A DNA stretch of 64,000 nucleotides, from NCBI GenBank assembly GCA_965215365.1, contig CBDCDS010000003.1, forward strand, positions 1,056,001 through 1,120,000. The letters are read 5' to 3'. The notes under the pieces were generated by a model, which had not been told where the DNA came from, did not search any database, and saw only the letters and a list, made by a program, of their open reading frames with translations. This document shows, in pieces, positions 1 to 9,221 of the stretch. This stretch comes from Gammaproteobacteria bacterium. GTDB taxonomy: Bacteria; Pseudomonadota; Gammaproteobacteria; Eutrophobiales; Eutrophobiaceae. A program made the translations under genes and the position numbers. Positions within the stretch are counted from its first letter, which is position 1. Every line of letters begins with the position of its first letter.

Positions 1-189
1 TTACGCGCCATTCAGAACCTCGCACAAATGCCTTATCCTCAAGGCTGCCGTAAATTGCGGGGTTATAAAAATATTTTTCGTATCAGGGAAGGAAACTACC
101 GGATAATTTACAGCGTAGAGGCAGAGCGGCTATCGGTTATTATTCTCAAAGTCGGCCATAGGAAAGGTGTGTACAGGTCGCCTATCTGA
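1..189 (+). CDS. RelE/ParE-family type II toxin, 3' part (runs off the window start)
   Basis: Frame 1 reads [62 protein letters not shown], with RelE-type RxRxGxYRIIY and VGHR..VY motifs. Not in the ORF track. Confidence 0.85.
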   Translation, partial: LRAIQNLAQMPYPQGCRKLRGYKNIFRIREGNYRIIYSVEAERLSVIILKVGHRKGVYRSPI

Positions 190-305
190 TGCGTATTTCT
201 CACAGAAAAAAGCTCATCGAAGTGGCCCTGCCGTTGGAAGCCCAACGGCTGGGCCTTGAAGCCCACGCCAGCGACCTGAACCCGGTGGCGGTGCTTATCA
301 ATAAG
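189..305 (+). pseudogene. DUF1156 adenine methyltransferase-like N-terminal remnant (internally deleted)
   Basis: [12 protein letters not shown] is joined directly to [21 protein letters not shown]. In intact DUF1156 proteins these two motifs lie far apart. Confidence 0.7.
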
Positions 306-604
306 GTCAAAACCGACTACCTGGCAGCGGAGACGCGTGGTGGAGAAGATACCAGCCCCCTTGGGATCGAGGGCATCCTGCCCTCGTGGAAGGCTGGAAG
401 CCTTCCCTCCCGGGGCATCCGGGCTGGAAGCCCTCCTGCCAATTCCCCCGCCATTGACAAGGTCAAAACCGACTACCTGGCAGCGGAGACGCGTGGTGGA
501 GAAGATACCAGCCCCCTTGGGATCGAGGGCATCCTGCCCTCGTGGAAGGCTGGAAGCCTTCCCTCCCGGGGCATCCGGGCTGGAAGCCCTCCTGCCAATT
601 CCCC
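303..604. repeat. 156-bp direct duplication, each copy carrying a REP-like double hairpin (363-406, 519-562)
   Basis: AAGGTCAAAACCGACTACC... starts at 303 and 459. The core GGGATCGAGGGCATCCTGCCCTCGTGGAAGGCTGGAAGCCTTCC is essentially the reverse complement of the 48-bp unit at 1196-1580. Confidence 0.9.
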
Positions 605-619
605 TCTTAGGCAACCGGC

Positions 620-1190
620 GTGAGTCCTGAAACTCAATTCCACCGTACCCATCTTCCCCACTTCGAGGCAGGAGAGATACCCCAACACATTTGCTTCAGA
701 TTGGCAGACAGCCTGCCTCAGCCACTGCTCAGAGAGTGGGAAGAAGAACTGCATTGCCTCCCGAAGACCGAGCAGCAAGCGCAACGGCGCGACCGTATCG
801 AGCAAGCTCTTGACCAGGGCCTCGGCGCCTGCTGGCTGCGCCGTCCCGAGATCGCCGCTATGGTACGTGATGCCCTGCATCACTTCGATGGAAAACGTTA
901 TCAACTACATGGTTGGGTAATCATGCCCAACCATGTTCATGTGCTGGTCACGCTACTGGGGAATCACACCTTATCTGGCATTGTGCATTCATGGAAGTCT
1001 TACACAGCTAATCAGGCCAACAAAATTCTGGCGCGCTCGGGTGAGTTTTGGCACGAAGATTATTTTGATCGGTTCATCCGCACCGAGAAACATTTTGTTA
1101 CAAATCTGAATTACATTCACTGGAATCCGGTACAGGCGGGCTTGTGTAAGAAGCCAGAGGATTGGGAGTGGAGCAGTTATACCCCGGAGG
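620..1190 (+). mobile_element. REP-associated tyrosine transposase (RAYT/TnpA-REP, Y1 HUH family); N-terminal part of ORF 620..2173
   Basis: [21 protein letters not shown] (HUH), [29 protein letters not shown] (catalytic Tyr) and WEWSS; flanked by inverted REP-like repeats. Confidence 0.85.
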
Positions 1191-1195
1191 GTCTG

Positions 1196-1580
1196 GGAGG
1201 GAAAGCTTCCAGCTTTCCACGAGGGCAGGATGCCCTCGATCCCAGGGAGAAGGCTTCCAGCCTTCCACGAGGGCAAGATGCCCTCGATCCCAGGGAGAAG
1301 GCTTCCAGCCTTCCACGAGGGCAAGATGCCCTCGATCCCAGGGAGAAGGCTTCCAGCTTTCCACGAGGGCAAGATGCCCTCGATCCCAGGGAGAAGGCTT
1401 CCAGCCTTCCACGAGGGCAGGATGCCCTCGATCCCAGGGAGAAGGCTTCCAGCCTTCCACGAGGGCAAGATGCCCTCGATCCCAGGGAGAAGGCTTCCAG
1501 CCTTCCACGAGGGCAAGATGCCCTCGATCCCAGGGAGAAGGCTTCCAGCCTTCCACGAGAGCAGGATGCCCTCGATCCCG
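1196..1580. repeat. Tandem array of 8 x 48-bp REP-like units
   Basis: Unit GAAGGCTTCCAGCCTTCCACGAGGGCARGATGCCCTCGATCCCAGGGA with two hairpins; translates as ([16 protein letters not shown]) x8. Confidence 0.95.
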
Positions 1581-1624
1581 GAGGGACGGACACCTTGCCG
1601 GAATCATCGCCTGTTTTCAGGCGC

Positions 1625-1912
1625 ACCGGTTGGGAAACCTTCCTTGATGCAGTTATCCATGCTGGTTTCTCTATTACTGGCACTTGGCCAGTACGCACAG
1701 AAGGAGCAGGGAGAATTATAGCGAAAGGCACCAACGCCCTTGCCTCCAGCATCGTCCTGATCTGCCGCCGCCGTCCCGACGACGCGCCCACCGCCTCCCG
1801 CCGTGACTTCGTCGCCGCCCTCGTCAAACGCCTCGGCGCCAAAGCAGAAGTCGCCCGCGAACTATGCTACCGCCTGTACACCGCCTGCGAACGCAAACAA
1901 CGCCCCGCCGAG
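1625..1912 (+). pseudogene. DUF1156 methyltransferase C-terminal fragments
   Basis: [41 protein letters not shown] and [22 protein letters not shown] match my recollection of DUF1156 C-terminal motifs. Confidence 0.7.
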
Positions 1913-2400
1913 ACGGAAGCCGCCAAGGCCGCCGACAACTGCTTGTTGGTCATTAGCTTGCCTGCATCAGACACGGCCTCCTCGCATTATGAAGCTGCCG
2001 AGGTTGGCGGCCAGCGCGGGGCGGATGCATTGAAGCACTTGCAAAACGTCATTGGCCGGGTCGAATCGGCCTGGCGTCCGGCCAGCACCGAGGAAGGGTT
2101 CGAGCTCGTCCGGCGTCGCTTGTTCCAGCCCTTGAGCGGCAATGACGCCTACAAACACCGCCCTGTACCGTGACGGTAGCCGCTACTGGTACGCCACGCA
2201 GCGCCAGAGTAGGACGCGATGCCGGCTAGGTGGCCGAGGAGGTCATTTCACATCTCTCCGGTCTGGTCGGCGCCGATGTTACGGTTACGCTGGAAATTGC
2301 TGCCAACATTCCCAACGGCGCGCCGGATAATATCGTGCGGACTGTGACAGAAAACAGCAATACGCTGAAGTTCCGCAGCCACGGCTTTGAGAAGGACTGA
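1913..2400 (+). pseudogene. DUF499 AAA+ ATPase fragments (deleted, frameshifted, internal stop)
   Basis: [45 protein letters not shown]; then [13 protein letters not shown] in another frame; then RVGRDAG*VAEEVISHLSGLVGADVTVTLEIAA..RTVTENSNTLKFRSHGFEKD*, ending at 2400. Confidence 0.7.
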
Positions 2401-2477
2401 AAGAGAGACCCGGCCAGTAGTTTCCCGAGTAATCGAATCAACCAGATCGTTTTTCCACCCTGCGCAACGTGATCATT

Positions 2478-3968
2478 TCAACCCGGCTGATAGTCCCCTG
2501 TATATTGACTTAGCTGTTTGTTGAAGATCATCAACCCGTCATCGGCTTCCCGGTTGGTTGCGTGGGCAAGTAACTGTGCCTTGATATCGCCGTAATCAGA
2601 CCAGTTTTGTGCGGCACTGTATTGTTGCAACTGGTGTAATACCTTGACCATGATGCGAAAACTGTCACGCCGTGTCGCCTGACGCAGGCCGTTCAGGTAA
2701 TTTTCACGACACACCGGGGGAATGACAATCTTGTGCTGGTCATGCGCCACCAGTTCGGCGTTCATCATGATACGTGCCATGCGTCCGTTACCGTCGTTGA
2801 ACGGGTGCACTTCAGCGATCATGAAATGCATGAACAATGCGCGTTTAATACCGGGCCTTAGTTGCCGATAGAATTCAAAACCTTGTAATAGCGTACCTTC
2901 CACAAGTTCCGGCAGGACAAACTGTGTGGCGCCGGCCTGATTGGGAACCTGTTTGAACCGGCCCGGCTGTTGCTCGGGACGTTGCGCCAGCAGGATGCCA
3001 TGTCGTGATTTCAGTATGCAGATGAGGCTCTCGGCGCTATCAGGGGTCAGCGTCATCTCTGCGTGGTCGTGGCTAAGGTCGATATGCGACAGCAAATCGT
3101 GGCTGTCTTCATGTCGTTGATATAGCGCCTGACCGGAGCTGACGATGCGCTCGGCCTCGTCCATGGTGAACCGTGTCCCTTCAATATAATTAGAGAAATA
3201 ACTTTCAAAGAAGGCGAGGTTGCGCCAGCCGGCATTGTCATAGGTATAGCTGTGTTCAGTCAGGTCGAGTTTGGCAAGGTAGTTCGCCAGTGCGGAGAAG
3301 CGCTTAAGCCGTTCCCGGTCAAAGGGTTTGCTTTGCGCTCGCGCAATACCGGCGCGTGTGACCAGCGTGCCACCGACCGGATGGGTCTTTAGTATTGCGG
3401 CCGCCATTTCGTTGAGTTGTTGCTGTTGTCTCTCCTTGCCAAGTAAAGGCGCCAGGGCTGACGCTTCGTCCCTCAGTTGGTTTATCCCGGCCTCACCGCG
3501 CACTGCCAGTTCGTCCAGCAGTTGTAACTCGACCCATGCTCTCCCCAGTTTTTTCGGGGAGTCTGCTTTGGCACGCACCGAGGTGAGATTCTCCAACAGT
3601 TGGCGCGGCACATTACTGCGCTGCATTTCCGCAGAGAAAGGTTCCGTGCCATGTTTTACGTTACCTGCCTCAATGCTCAAGCGCAGCGGACCAACACTGA
3701 CGGTGCGGCGCGCGCCCGCAGCCACCATCAAATAAACGCGATTGTCGATGGGACGTAACTCACAAGCGGTGCTGTAAACTGCCACCGGCTCAGTGAAAAG
3801 AAAATTGGCAATAGTTACCCATCCAGTGTGTATAGTCTGTGTAATCTCTATCGGGTCATGACTGTCTATGTAAATGCCACTGCGCACTCGCGTGAGCTCG
3901 CCGCGGCGAAAACGCTGTTGCAGCGCGCGCCGCGTAAGTACGTCAGTGACAAAAAAAAGTGTCGCCAT
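2478..3968 (-). CDS. Fic family protein with N-terminal winged-helix-like region
   Basis: Canonical HPFNDGNGRMAR motif; FFESYFSNYIEG. Confidence 0.88.
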   Translation of the reverse strand: MATLFFVTDVLTRRALQQRFRRGELTRVRSGIYIDSHDPIEITQTIHTGWVTIANFLFTEPVAVYSTACELRPIDNRVYLMVAAGARRTVSVGPLRLSIEAGNVKHGTEPFSAEMQRSNVPRQLLENLTSVRAKADSPKKLGRAWVELQLLDELAVRGEAGINQLRDEASALAPLLGKERQQQQLNEMAAAILKTHPVGGTLVTRAGIARAQSKPFDRERLKRFSALANYLAKLDLTEHSYTYDNAGWRNLAFFESYFSNYIEGTRFTMDEAERIVSSGQALYQRHEDSHDLLSHIDLSHDHAEMTLTPDSAESLICILKSRHGILLAQRPEQQPGRFKQVPNQAGATQFVLPELVEGTLLQGFEFYRQLRPGIKRALFMHFMIAEVHPFNDGNGRMARIMMNAELVAHDQHKIVIPPVCRENYLNGLRQATRRDSFRIMVKVLHQLQQYSAAQNWSDYGDIKAQLLAHATNREADDGLMIFNKQLSQYTGDYQPG

Positions 3969-4056
3969 AATGTGCCAAAAACCAGACTGGTTGTTAATAA
4001 CTGTAGCATTTTTGTTAATTTCGTCAATTTCTCTCTCATATTTGTAGGTATTTCAC

Positions 4057-4090
4057 CCGGGCTGGAGGGGCAGGATGCCCCCGACCCCGG
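4057..4090. repeat. Isolated variant of the RAYT-associated REP hairpin
   Basis: GGGGCAGGATGCCCC resembles the array's GAGGGCAGGATGCCCTC. Confidence 0.55.
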
Positions 4091-4120
4091 ACGCAAGAAG
4101 GGACAGGTAATCGGTGGGTG

Positions 4121-4462
4121 TTACTTGGATTGTTTTTCCGCCCGGCGCAGGAATACCTGCATTTCCCTGGCGGCTTGGAGGTCGCCGCGTTGTTCGGCGA
4201 CGGTGATGCCTTGTTGGAAGGCGCGGATGGCTTCGGGGTGTTTGTCGGCGGCGGTCAGGGTGCGACCGTACAGTTTCCAGGCGGCGGAGTAGTGCGGGTT
4301 CAGCTCGGTGGCGCGGGCCAGGTGCCGCGCGGCGTTGGCGTAGTCCTGTTGTTGATAGAGCAGGTTGCCTAAGGTGAAACGCAGCAGCGCATTGTCCTGG
4401 CCTTGTTCCAGCATGGATTGCAGTGTTGTGGCGTCCATCAGTCGGGTAAGTTTGCCATTCAA
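4121..4462 (-). CDS. Tetratricopeptide-repeat protein
   Basis: LRFTLGNLLY..A..HL..A..LNP.YSAAWKLYG, a TPR pattern. Confidence 0.8.
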   Translation of the reverse strand: MNGKLTRLMDATTLQSMLEQGQDNALLRFTLGNLLYQQQDYANAARHLARATELNPHYSAAWKLYGRTLTAADKHPEAIRAFQQGITVAEQRGDLQAAREMQVFLRRAEKQSK

Positions 4463-5043
4463 CTACGGCGTTTTTGGGCCACCAGCATCGCCTCATTCCT
4501 GAACCCGCGGCGGGTGTCGCCCACCGCGCCTTCCTCATGGTAGTACAACACTTGCAGGGCAGGGAACAGCCGCAGCAGCTCGTTCGGCGCCAGCCGGTAG
4601 GCGGGATTGTCGGGGCCGGCGTCGGTGACTTTTTCCCGGATGAAGGTCTGGTAGAACAGCAAGCCCCGCTGACGCAGCGCGGCGCTGATAGCGGGCGCAA
4701 GGGTGCGGTCCAGGAAGCGGCTGACCACGATGACATCGAAGGACTCGGGGGTGGGAGGGTCGATGGTGACGTCACGTTGTTCGGTAATCAGTGCCAGTCG
4801 GCGTTGGTTGGCCTGTTCTGCAAGCGCTTGTATAGCTATCCTGGAAATATCCCAGGCGCGGGTGGCAAGGCCGTAGGCGGCGAGGTACAGGGCGTTGCCG
4901 CCGCGTCCGCAGGCCAGGTCCAGGGCATCGCCTCTGGCAGGCAGTAAATGTATATGGGAAGATAGTGCGCGGCAGGCTGCAACGGACTGCTCCACTTCGC
5001 CGGTGTAAATCCGGTCCCATTTGACCTGAGCTGTTTCGTTCAT
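4459..5043 (-). CDS. Class I SAM-dependent methyltransferase (TehB-like)
   Basis: ALDLACGRGGNALYLA and FDVIVVSRFLDR. Confidence 0.85.
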   Translation of the reverse strand: MNETAQVKWDRIYTGEVEQSVAACRALSSHIHLLPARGDALDLACGRGGNALYLAAYGLATRAWDISRIAIQALAEQANQRRLALITEQRDVTIDPPTPESFDVIVVSRFLDRTLAPAISAALRQRGLLFYQTFIREKVTDAGPDNPAYRLAPNELLRLFPALQVLYYHEEGAVGDTRRGFRNEAMLVAQKRRS

Positions 5044-5044
5044 T

Positions 5045-6496
5045 TCACTTGCGCCAGAAGGTCGGCGTCAGCAGTACCAGCAGGGTGAAAATTTCCAGTC
5101 GTCCCAGCAACATAGCCAGACACAGCAGCCACTTGGCTACGTCGTTGATGCCGGTGTAGTTGGCGCTGACCTCACCCAGGCCCGGGCCTAAGTTGTTGAG
5201 GCAGGCGGCCACTGCGGAAAATGCTGTGATCTGGTCCAGACCGGTTGCCATCAACAGTATCAACAACAACGCAAACACGGCCACATAGGAGGCAAAAAAG
5301 CCCCACACCGCGTTGATAACGGCTTCATCCACCGGTTTGCCGCCCAGTTTAATGCGGAAAATAGCGCTGGGATGAATCAGGCGCCGGATCTCCCGTCGGC
5401 CCTGCTTGTACAGCAGCACGATGCGGATCACTTTCAGGCCGCCGCCGGTGGAACCGGCGCAGGCGCCGATGAAGCTGGCAAACAGCAGCAGCACCGGCAG
5501 GAACGTGGGCCAGTCCTGGTAGGCCGCGGTGGTAAAGCCGGTGGTGGTGGCGATGGATACGGACTGAAAAATCCCGTGGCTGAGCGTCCCTAGGGTATCG
5601 GCATAAGTGGCCTTGGCCCACAGGTAAATACAGGTAATCACGCATAATCCGCACAACACGCCGATGAACGCCTTGACCTCGGAATCCCGGCGGTAAGTGT
5701 TCAGGCTCAGGGCGCGCCAGGCCATGAAATGCAGGGTGAAATTGATGCCTGCAATCAACATGAACACCACTGCCACGGCGTTGATCAGCTCACTGTCAAA
5801 GTGGCCGATACTGCGGTCGTGGGTGGAGAAGCCACCGATGGACACCGTGGAAAAGCTGTGGCTGACGGCGTCGAACAACGGCATACCGGCCAGCCAGTAC
5901 ATGAACGCGCAGGCAATGGTCAGCGACAGGTAGATATACCACAGCGCCTTAGCGGTTTCGGTGATGCGGGGCGTCAGCTTGGAGTCCTTGATCGGCCCCG
6001 GGGTCTCGGCGCGGTAGAGCTGCATACCGCCGATGCCGAGCATGGGTAGCACAGCCACCGCCAGCACGATGATGCCCATGCCGCCCAGCCATTGCAGTTG
6101 CTGCCGGTAGAACAGCAGGGATCTCGGCAGCTCGTCCAGCCCGGTCAATACCGTGGCGCCGGTGGTAGTCAGGCCGGACACGGATTCAAAGACCGAATCG
6201 GTAAAAGAGATATAAGGCTTGCCGGTGAGCAGGAACGGCATGGCCCCGGCCAGGCCCAGCCCGGCCCAGAACAATACCACCACGATAAAACCGTCCCGCA
6301 AACGCAGTTCCTTCTTCACCTTGTACACCGGCAACCACAGGAACGCGCCCACTGTGAGGATGAGGAACAAGCACAGCAGCAACGCCTTTATCGTTTTTTC
6401 TTCATAAAAGATCGCCAGGGCCAGCGGCGGCAACAGGGTCGTGCTGAACAGCATCAGCAGCAACCCCAGGGTTTTCTGGATGGCGAGGAATTGCAT
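5045..6496 (-). CDS. trkH: Trk potassium uptake membrane protein TrkH
   Basis: FESVSGLTTTGAT, GGFS, TTTGF, GSTGGGLK and LNNLGPGLG pore loops; next to trkA. Confidence 0.95.
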   Translation of the reverse strand: MQFLAIQKTLGLLLMLFSTTLLPPLALAIFYEEKTIKALLLCLFLILTVGAFLWLPVYKVKKELRLRDGFIVVVLFWAGLGLAGAMPFLLTGKPYISFTDSVFESVSGLTTTGATVLTGLDELPRSLLFYRQQLQWLGGMGIIVLAVAVLPMLGIGGMQLYRAETPGPIKDSKLTPRITETAKALWYIYLSLTIACAFMYWLAGMPLFDAVSHSFSTVSIGGFSTHDRSIGHFDSELINAVAVVFMLIAGINFTLHFMAWRALSLNTYRRDSEVKAFIGVLCGLCVITCIYLWAKATYADTLGTLSHGIFQSVSIATTTGFTTAAYQDWPTFLPVLLLFASFIGACAGSTGGGLKVIRIVLLYKQGRREIRRLIHPSAIFRIKLGGKPVDEAVINAVWGFFASYVAVFALLLILLMATGLDQITAFSAVAACLNNLGPGLGEVSANYTGINDVAKWLLCLAMLLGRLEIFTLLVLLTPTFWRK

Positions 6497-7869
6497 TACA
6501 GAAAAGTAATCCTTACCTGGAACAGTTTTTCCACCTCCGGCACGCGGCTTTTGTCGCCGACCAGCAGGATGACGTGGTCTTCGGAGGCGATGACGGTGTC
6601 GTGGTGGGCGATGATCACCTTGTCGTCGCGTACGATGGCACCGATGCTGGTGTCCGGCGGCAGGGTCAGTTCCTCGATCGTTCTGCCGACCACGTTGGAG
6701 GTGTTGCGGTCGCCGTGGGCGACGGCTTCGATGGCCTCTGCGGCGCCGCGTCGCAGTGAGTGCACCACCACCACATCGCCCTTGCGGATATGCGCCAGCA
6801 GGCTGCCGATGGTGGCCTGTTGCGGGGAAATGGCGATATCGATGACGTTGCTTTGCACCAGGTCCACGTAGGCTGCCCGGTTGATCAAGGCCATGACCTT
6901 GTGCGCGCCCAGACGCTTGGCCAGCATACAGGAGATGATGTTGGCTTCATCGGCATTGGTCAGGGCGCAGAACACATCGGTGTTCTCTATATTTTCTTCC
7001 AGCAGCAGTTCTTCATCGGCGGCATCGCCGTTTAAGACGATGGCGTGGCTCAGTTCCTCCGCAGCCTGCCGCGCGGTGTGCGCCGACAGTTCGATGACCT
7101 TGACTTGGTATTTCTTCTCCAGCAACTTCGCCAGCCGCTGGCCGATATTGCCGCCGCCGGCGATGATGATGCGTTTTACCGGTTCATCCGTGTGTTTGGT
7201 CGATTTCAGCAGGTTCCTGATATGTTTGGGGGCGCCGATGATGAAGACTTCATCACCGGCGAGTATTTCCGTGTCGCCGTCGGGGATAATCGTCTGCCCG
7301 CCGCGGAAGATAGAGACAATACGAAATTCGATAGTCGGCAGGCGTCCGCTGAGCTCGCTTATGCGGTTGCCGACGAGCATGCTTTGCGGCACTATCTTCA
7401 GCGCCACCATCTGCACCCGGCCGGAGGCAAAATCCATTACCTGCAAGGCGCCGGGGACGCCAATCAGGCGCGCGATATATTCGGTCACCACCTGTTCCGG
7501 GCTGATCAATACGTCCACCGGCATGGCTTCCTGGGCAAAAAACCCCGTGCTGTTGAGGTATTCGTTGTTGCGCACCCGGGCGATTTTCATCGGCGTGTGG
7601 AACATGGTGTAGGCCACCTGGCAGGCGACCATGTTAATTTCATCGCTGTTGGTGACCGCGATGATCATGTCTGCGTCTCGGGCGCCGGCCTGTGCCAGCG
7701 TGGAGGGGTAGGACGCAACCCCGGTCACGGTCTTTAAGTCCAGCCGTTCCTGTAAATTGCGCAACGGCGCCGGGTCGTGGTCAATGAGGGTAATGTCATT
7801 GGCTTCACTGCAAAGATTGGCGGCTACGGATGAACCGACCTGGCCTGCCCCCAGAATGATAATCTTCAC
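6496..7869 (-). CDS. trkA: Trk potassium transporter NAD-binding subunit TrkA
   Basis: MKIIILGAGQVG and a second GGGNIG Rossmann motif; 457 aa. Confidence 0.96.
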   Translation of the reverse strand: MKIIILGAGQVGSSVAANLCSEANDITLIDHDPAPLRNLQERLDLKTVTGVASYPSTLAQAGARDADMIIAVTNSDEINMVACQVAYTMFHTPMKIARVRNNEYLNSTGFFAQEAMPVDVLISPEQVVTEYIARLIGVPGALQVMDFASGRVQMVALKIVPQSMLVGNRISELSGRLPTIEFRIVSIFRGGQTIIPDGDTEILAGDEVFIIGAPKHIRNLLKSTKHTDEPVKRIIIAGGGNIGQRLAKLLEKKYQVKVIELSAHTARQAAEELSHAIVLNGDAADEELLLEENIENTDVFCALTNADEANIISCMLAKRLGAHKVMALINRAAYVDLVQSNVIDIAISPQQATIGSLLAHIRKGDVVVVHSLRRGAAEAIEAVAHGDRNTSNVVGRTIEELTLPPDTSIGAIVRDDKVIIAHHDTVIASEDHVILLVGDKSRVPEVEKLFQVRITFL

Positions 7870-9221
7870 GACTTGATATCAATACCGAGGGACTTGAGCT
7901 TCCGGTACAGGTGAGTGCGTTCCATGTGGACGTTCCGGGCCATTTTACTGACACTGCCGTTGGCCAGTTTCAACTGATACTCCAGGTAGTCCCGTTCAAA
8001 GTTTTCCCGCGCCTGACGCAGGGGTAAATCGAGGTTTTTCACGCTGTCGGCAGCTTTTTTGGCAGGCATATCGCCCAGCGTTGTTTCGACTTCCTCCAGG
8101 TCGATGGCCGTGGGTCCGCCCAGTATCAGCATTCTCTGCACCAGGTTTTTCAGTTCCCTGATATTGCCCGGCCAGGGATAGCGGCGCAGCCGGTTCTGTG
8201 CAGCAGTAGTGAAAGATCGGTACGGAAGTCCCTCCTGCTCGACCAGGAAATTGACAAAATATTCCAGCACCGCGGGGACATCTTCGTAATGTTCGCGCAG
8301 TGCCGGCACGATGATTGGCACCACGTTGAGTTGAAAATAGAGTTCGTCCAGGAACGCGCCCTCTTGCACCTGGTTGGCAAGGTTGTATCGGGTCGCGGCG
8401 ATGACCCTGGCATTGAGCGTAATCGGGGTGGAGCCGTTAACCCGCTTGTAAGACCTGTTTTTGAGCATGTCGCACAAGCGCGCCTGTGCAACCTGATCCA
8501 TATCGGCAATATCCTTGATGAACAGGGTGCCGCCTTCCGCCTCATCAAGATGACCCGTGACGGCTTCATTTTGGATCTGTTCACCATATAACTCGCTGAT
8601 GACCGCGTCCGGTTCCCGGGCTGACACGCTGACGTTGACAAAAGACTTGTCCCTGCGCGCGCTGGCTGTGTGCAGGTGGCGGGCAAGTGCCTCTTTGTCG
8701 GTGCCCGGCTCTCCCACAATCAACACCGGCGTATCGAGGTCGGCGACCTTGTGCAGTCGCTCGCGCAGGTTCGACATCAGGCTGCTTTTACCGATGATGC
8801 GGTAGGACGCATTAGAGTCCAGGCGTAGCCTCAGGTTTTCTTTCTGCAGTCTTGACGCATATAGGGCATTCCTGATAGTCAGCATCAACTTGGCCAGGGA
8901 CAACGGCTTTTCCAGGTAATCGTAGGCACCGAGGCGCGTGGCCTCCACCGCGGTGCCGATGTTGCCATGCCCGGACATCATGATGACCGGACTGCTCAGC
9001 TTGCCCGAGTCACGCCATTCCTTTAACAGGGTAATGCCATCCATGTCCGGCATCCAGATATCGAGCAACACCAGGCGCGGCCGGAATTGCTTCAGCAAGG
9101 TACGGGCCGCGGCGGCGTTTTCCGCGGTGGCTACCTCAAAACCCTCATCCACAAGGATTTCCCGGATCAGCCGCCTGATCTCGGCCTCATCATCAACAAC
9201 GAGAATCTTCTCACCGTTCAC
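7866..9221 (-). CDS. ntrX: NtrX-like response regulator (REC-AAA+-HTH)
   Basis: LLDIWMP receiver domain, WPGNIRELKN, C-terminal ERTHLYRKLK HTH; conserved position between ntrY and trkA. Confidence 0.8.
   Translation of the reverse strand: MNGEKILVVDDEAEIRRLIREILVDEGFEVATAENAAAARTLLKQFRPRLVLLDIWMPDMDGITLLKEWRDSGKLSSPVIMMSGHGNIGTAVEATRLGAYDYLEKPLSLAKLMLTIRNALYASRLQKENLRLRLDSNASYRIIGKSSLMSNLRERLHKVADLDTPVLIVGEPGTDKEALARHLHTASARRDKSFVNVSVSAREPDAVISELYGEQIQNEAVTGHLDEAEGGTLFIKDIADMDQVAQARLCDMLKNRSYKRVNGSTPITLNARVIAATRYNLANQVQEGAFLDELYFQLNVVPIIVPALREHYEDVPAVLEYFVNFLVEQEGLPYRSFTTAAQNRLRRYPWPGNIRELKNLVQRMLILGGPTAIDLEEVETTLGDMPAKKAADSVKNLDLPLRQARENFERDYLEYQLKLANGSVSKMARNVHMERTHLYRKLKSLGIDIKS

Noticed and set aside
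1196-1580. 48-bp array as a possible CRISPR
   Set aside because: Units are contiguous with no unique spacers; it is a REP-like tandem repeat.
108-1842. Multiple overlapping repeat-rich ORFs (108..614, 989..1516, 1098..1607, 1162..1647, 1177..1842, 1230..1721)
   Set aside because: Shadow frames of stop-free 48-bp and 156-bp repeats.
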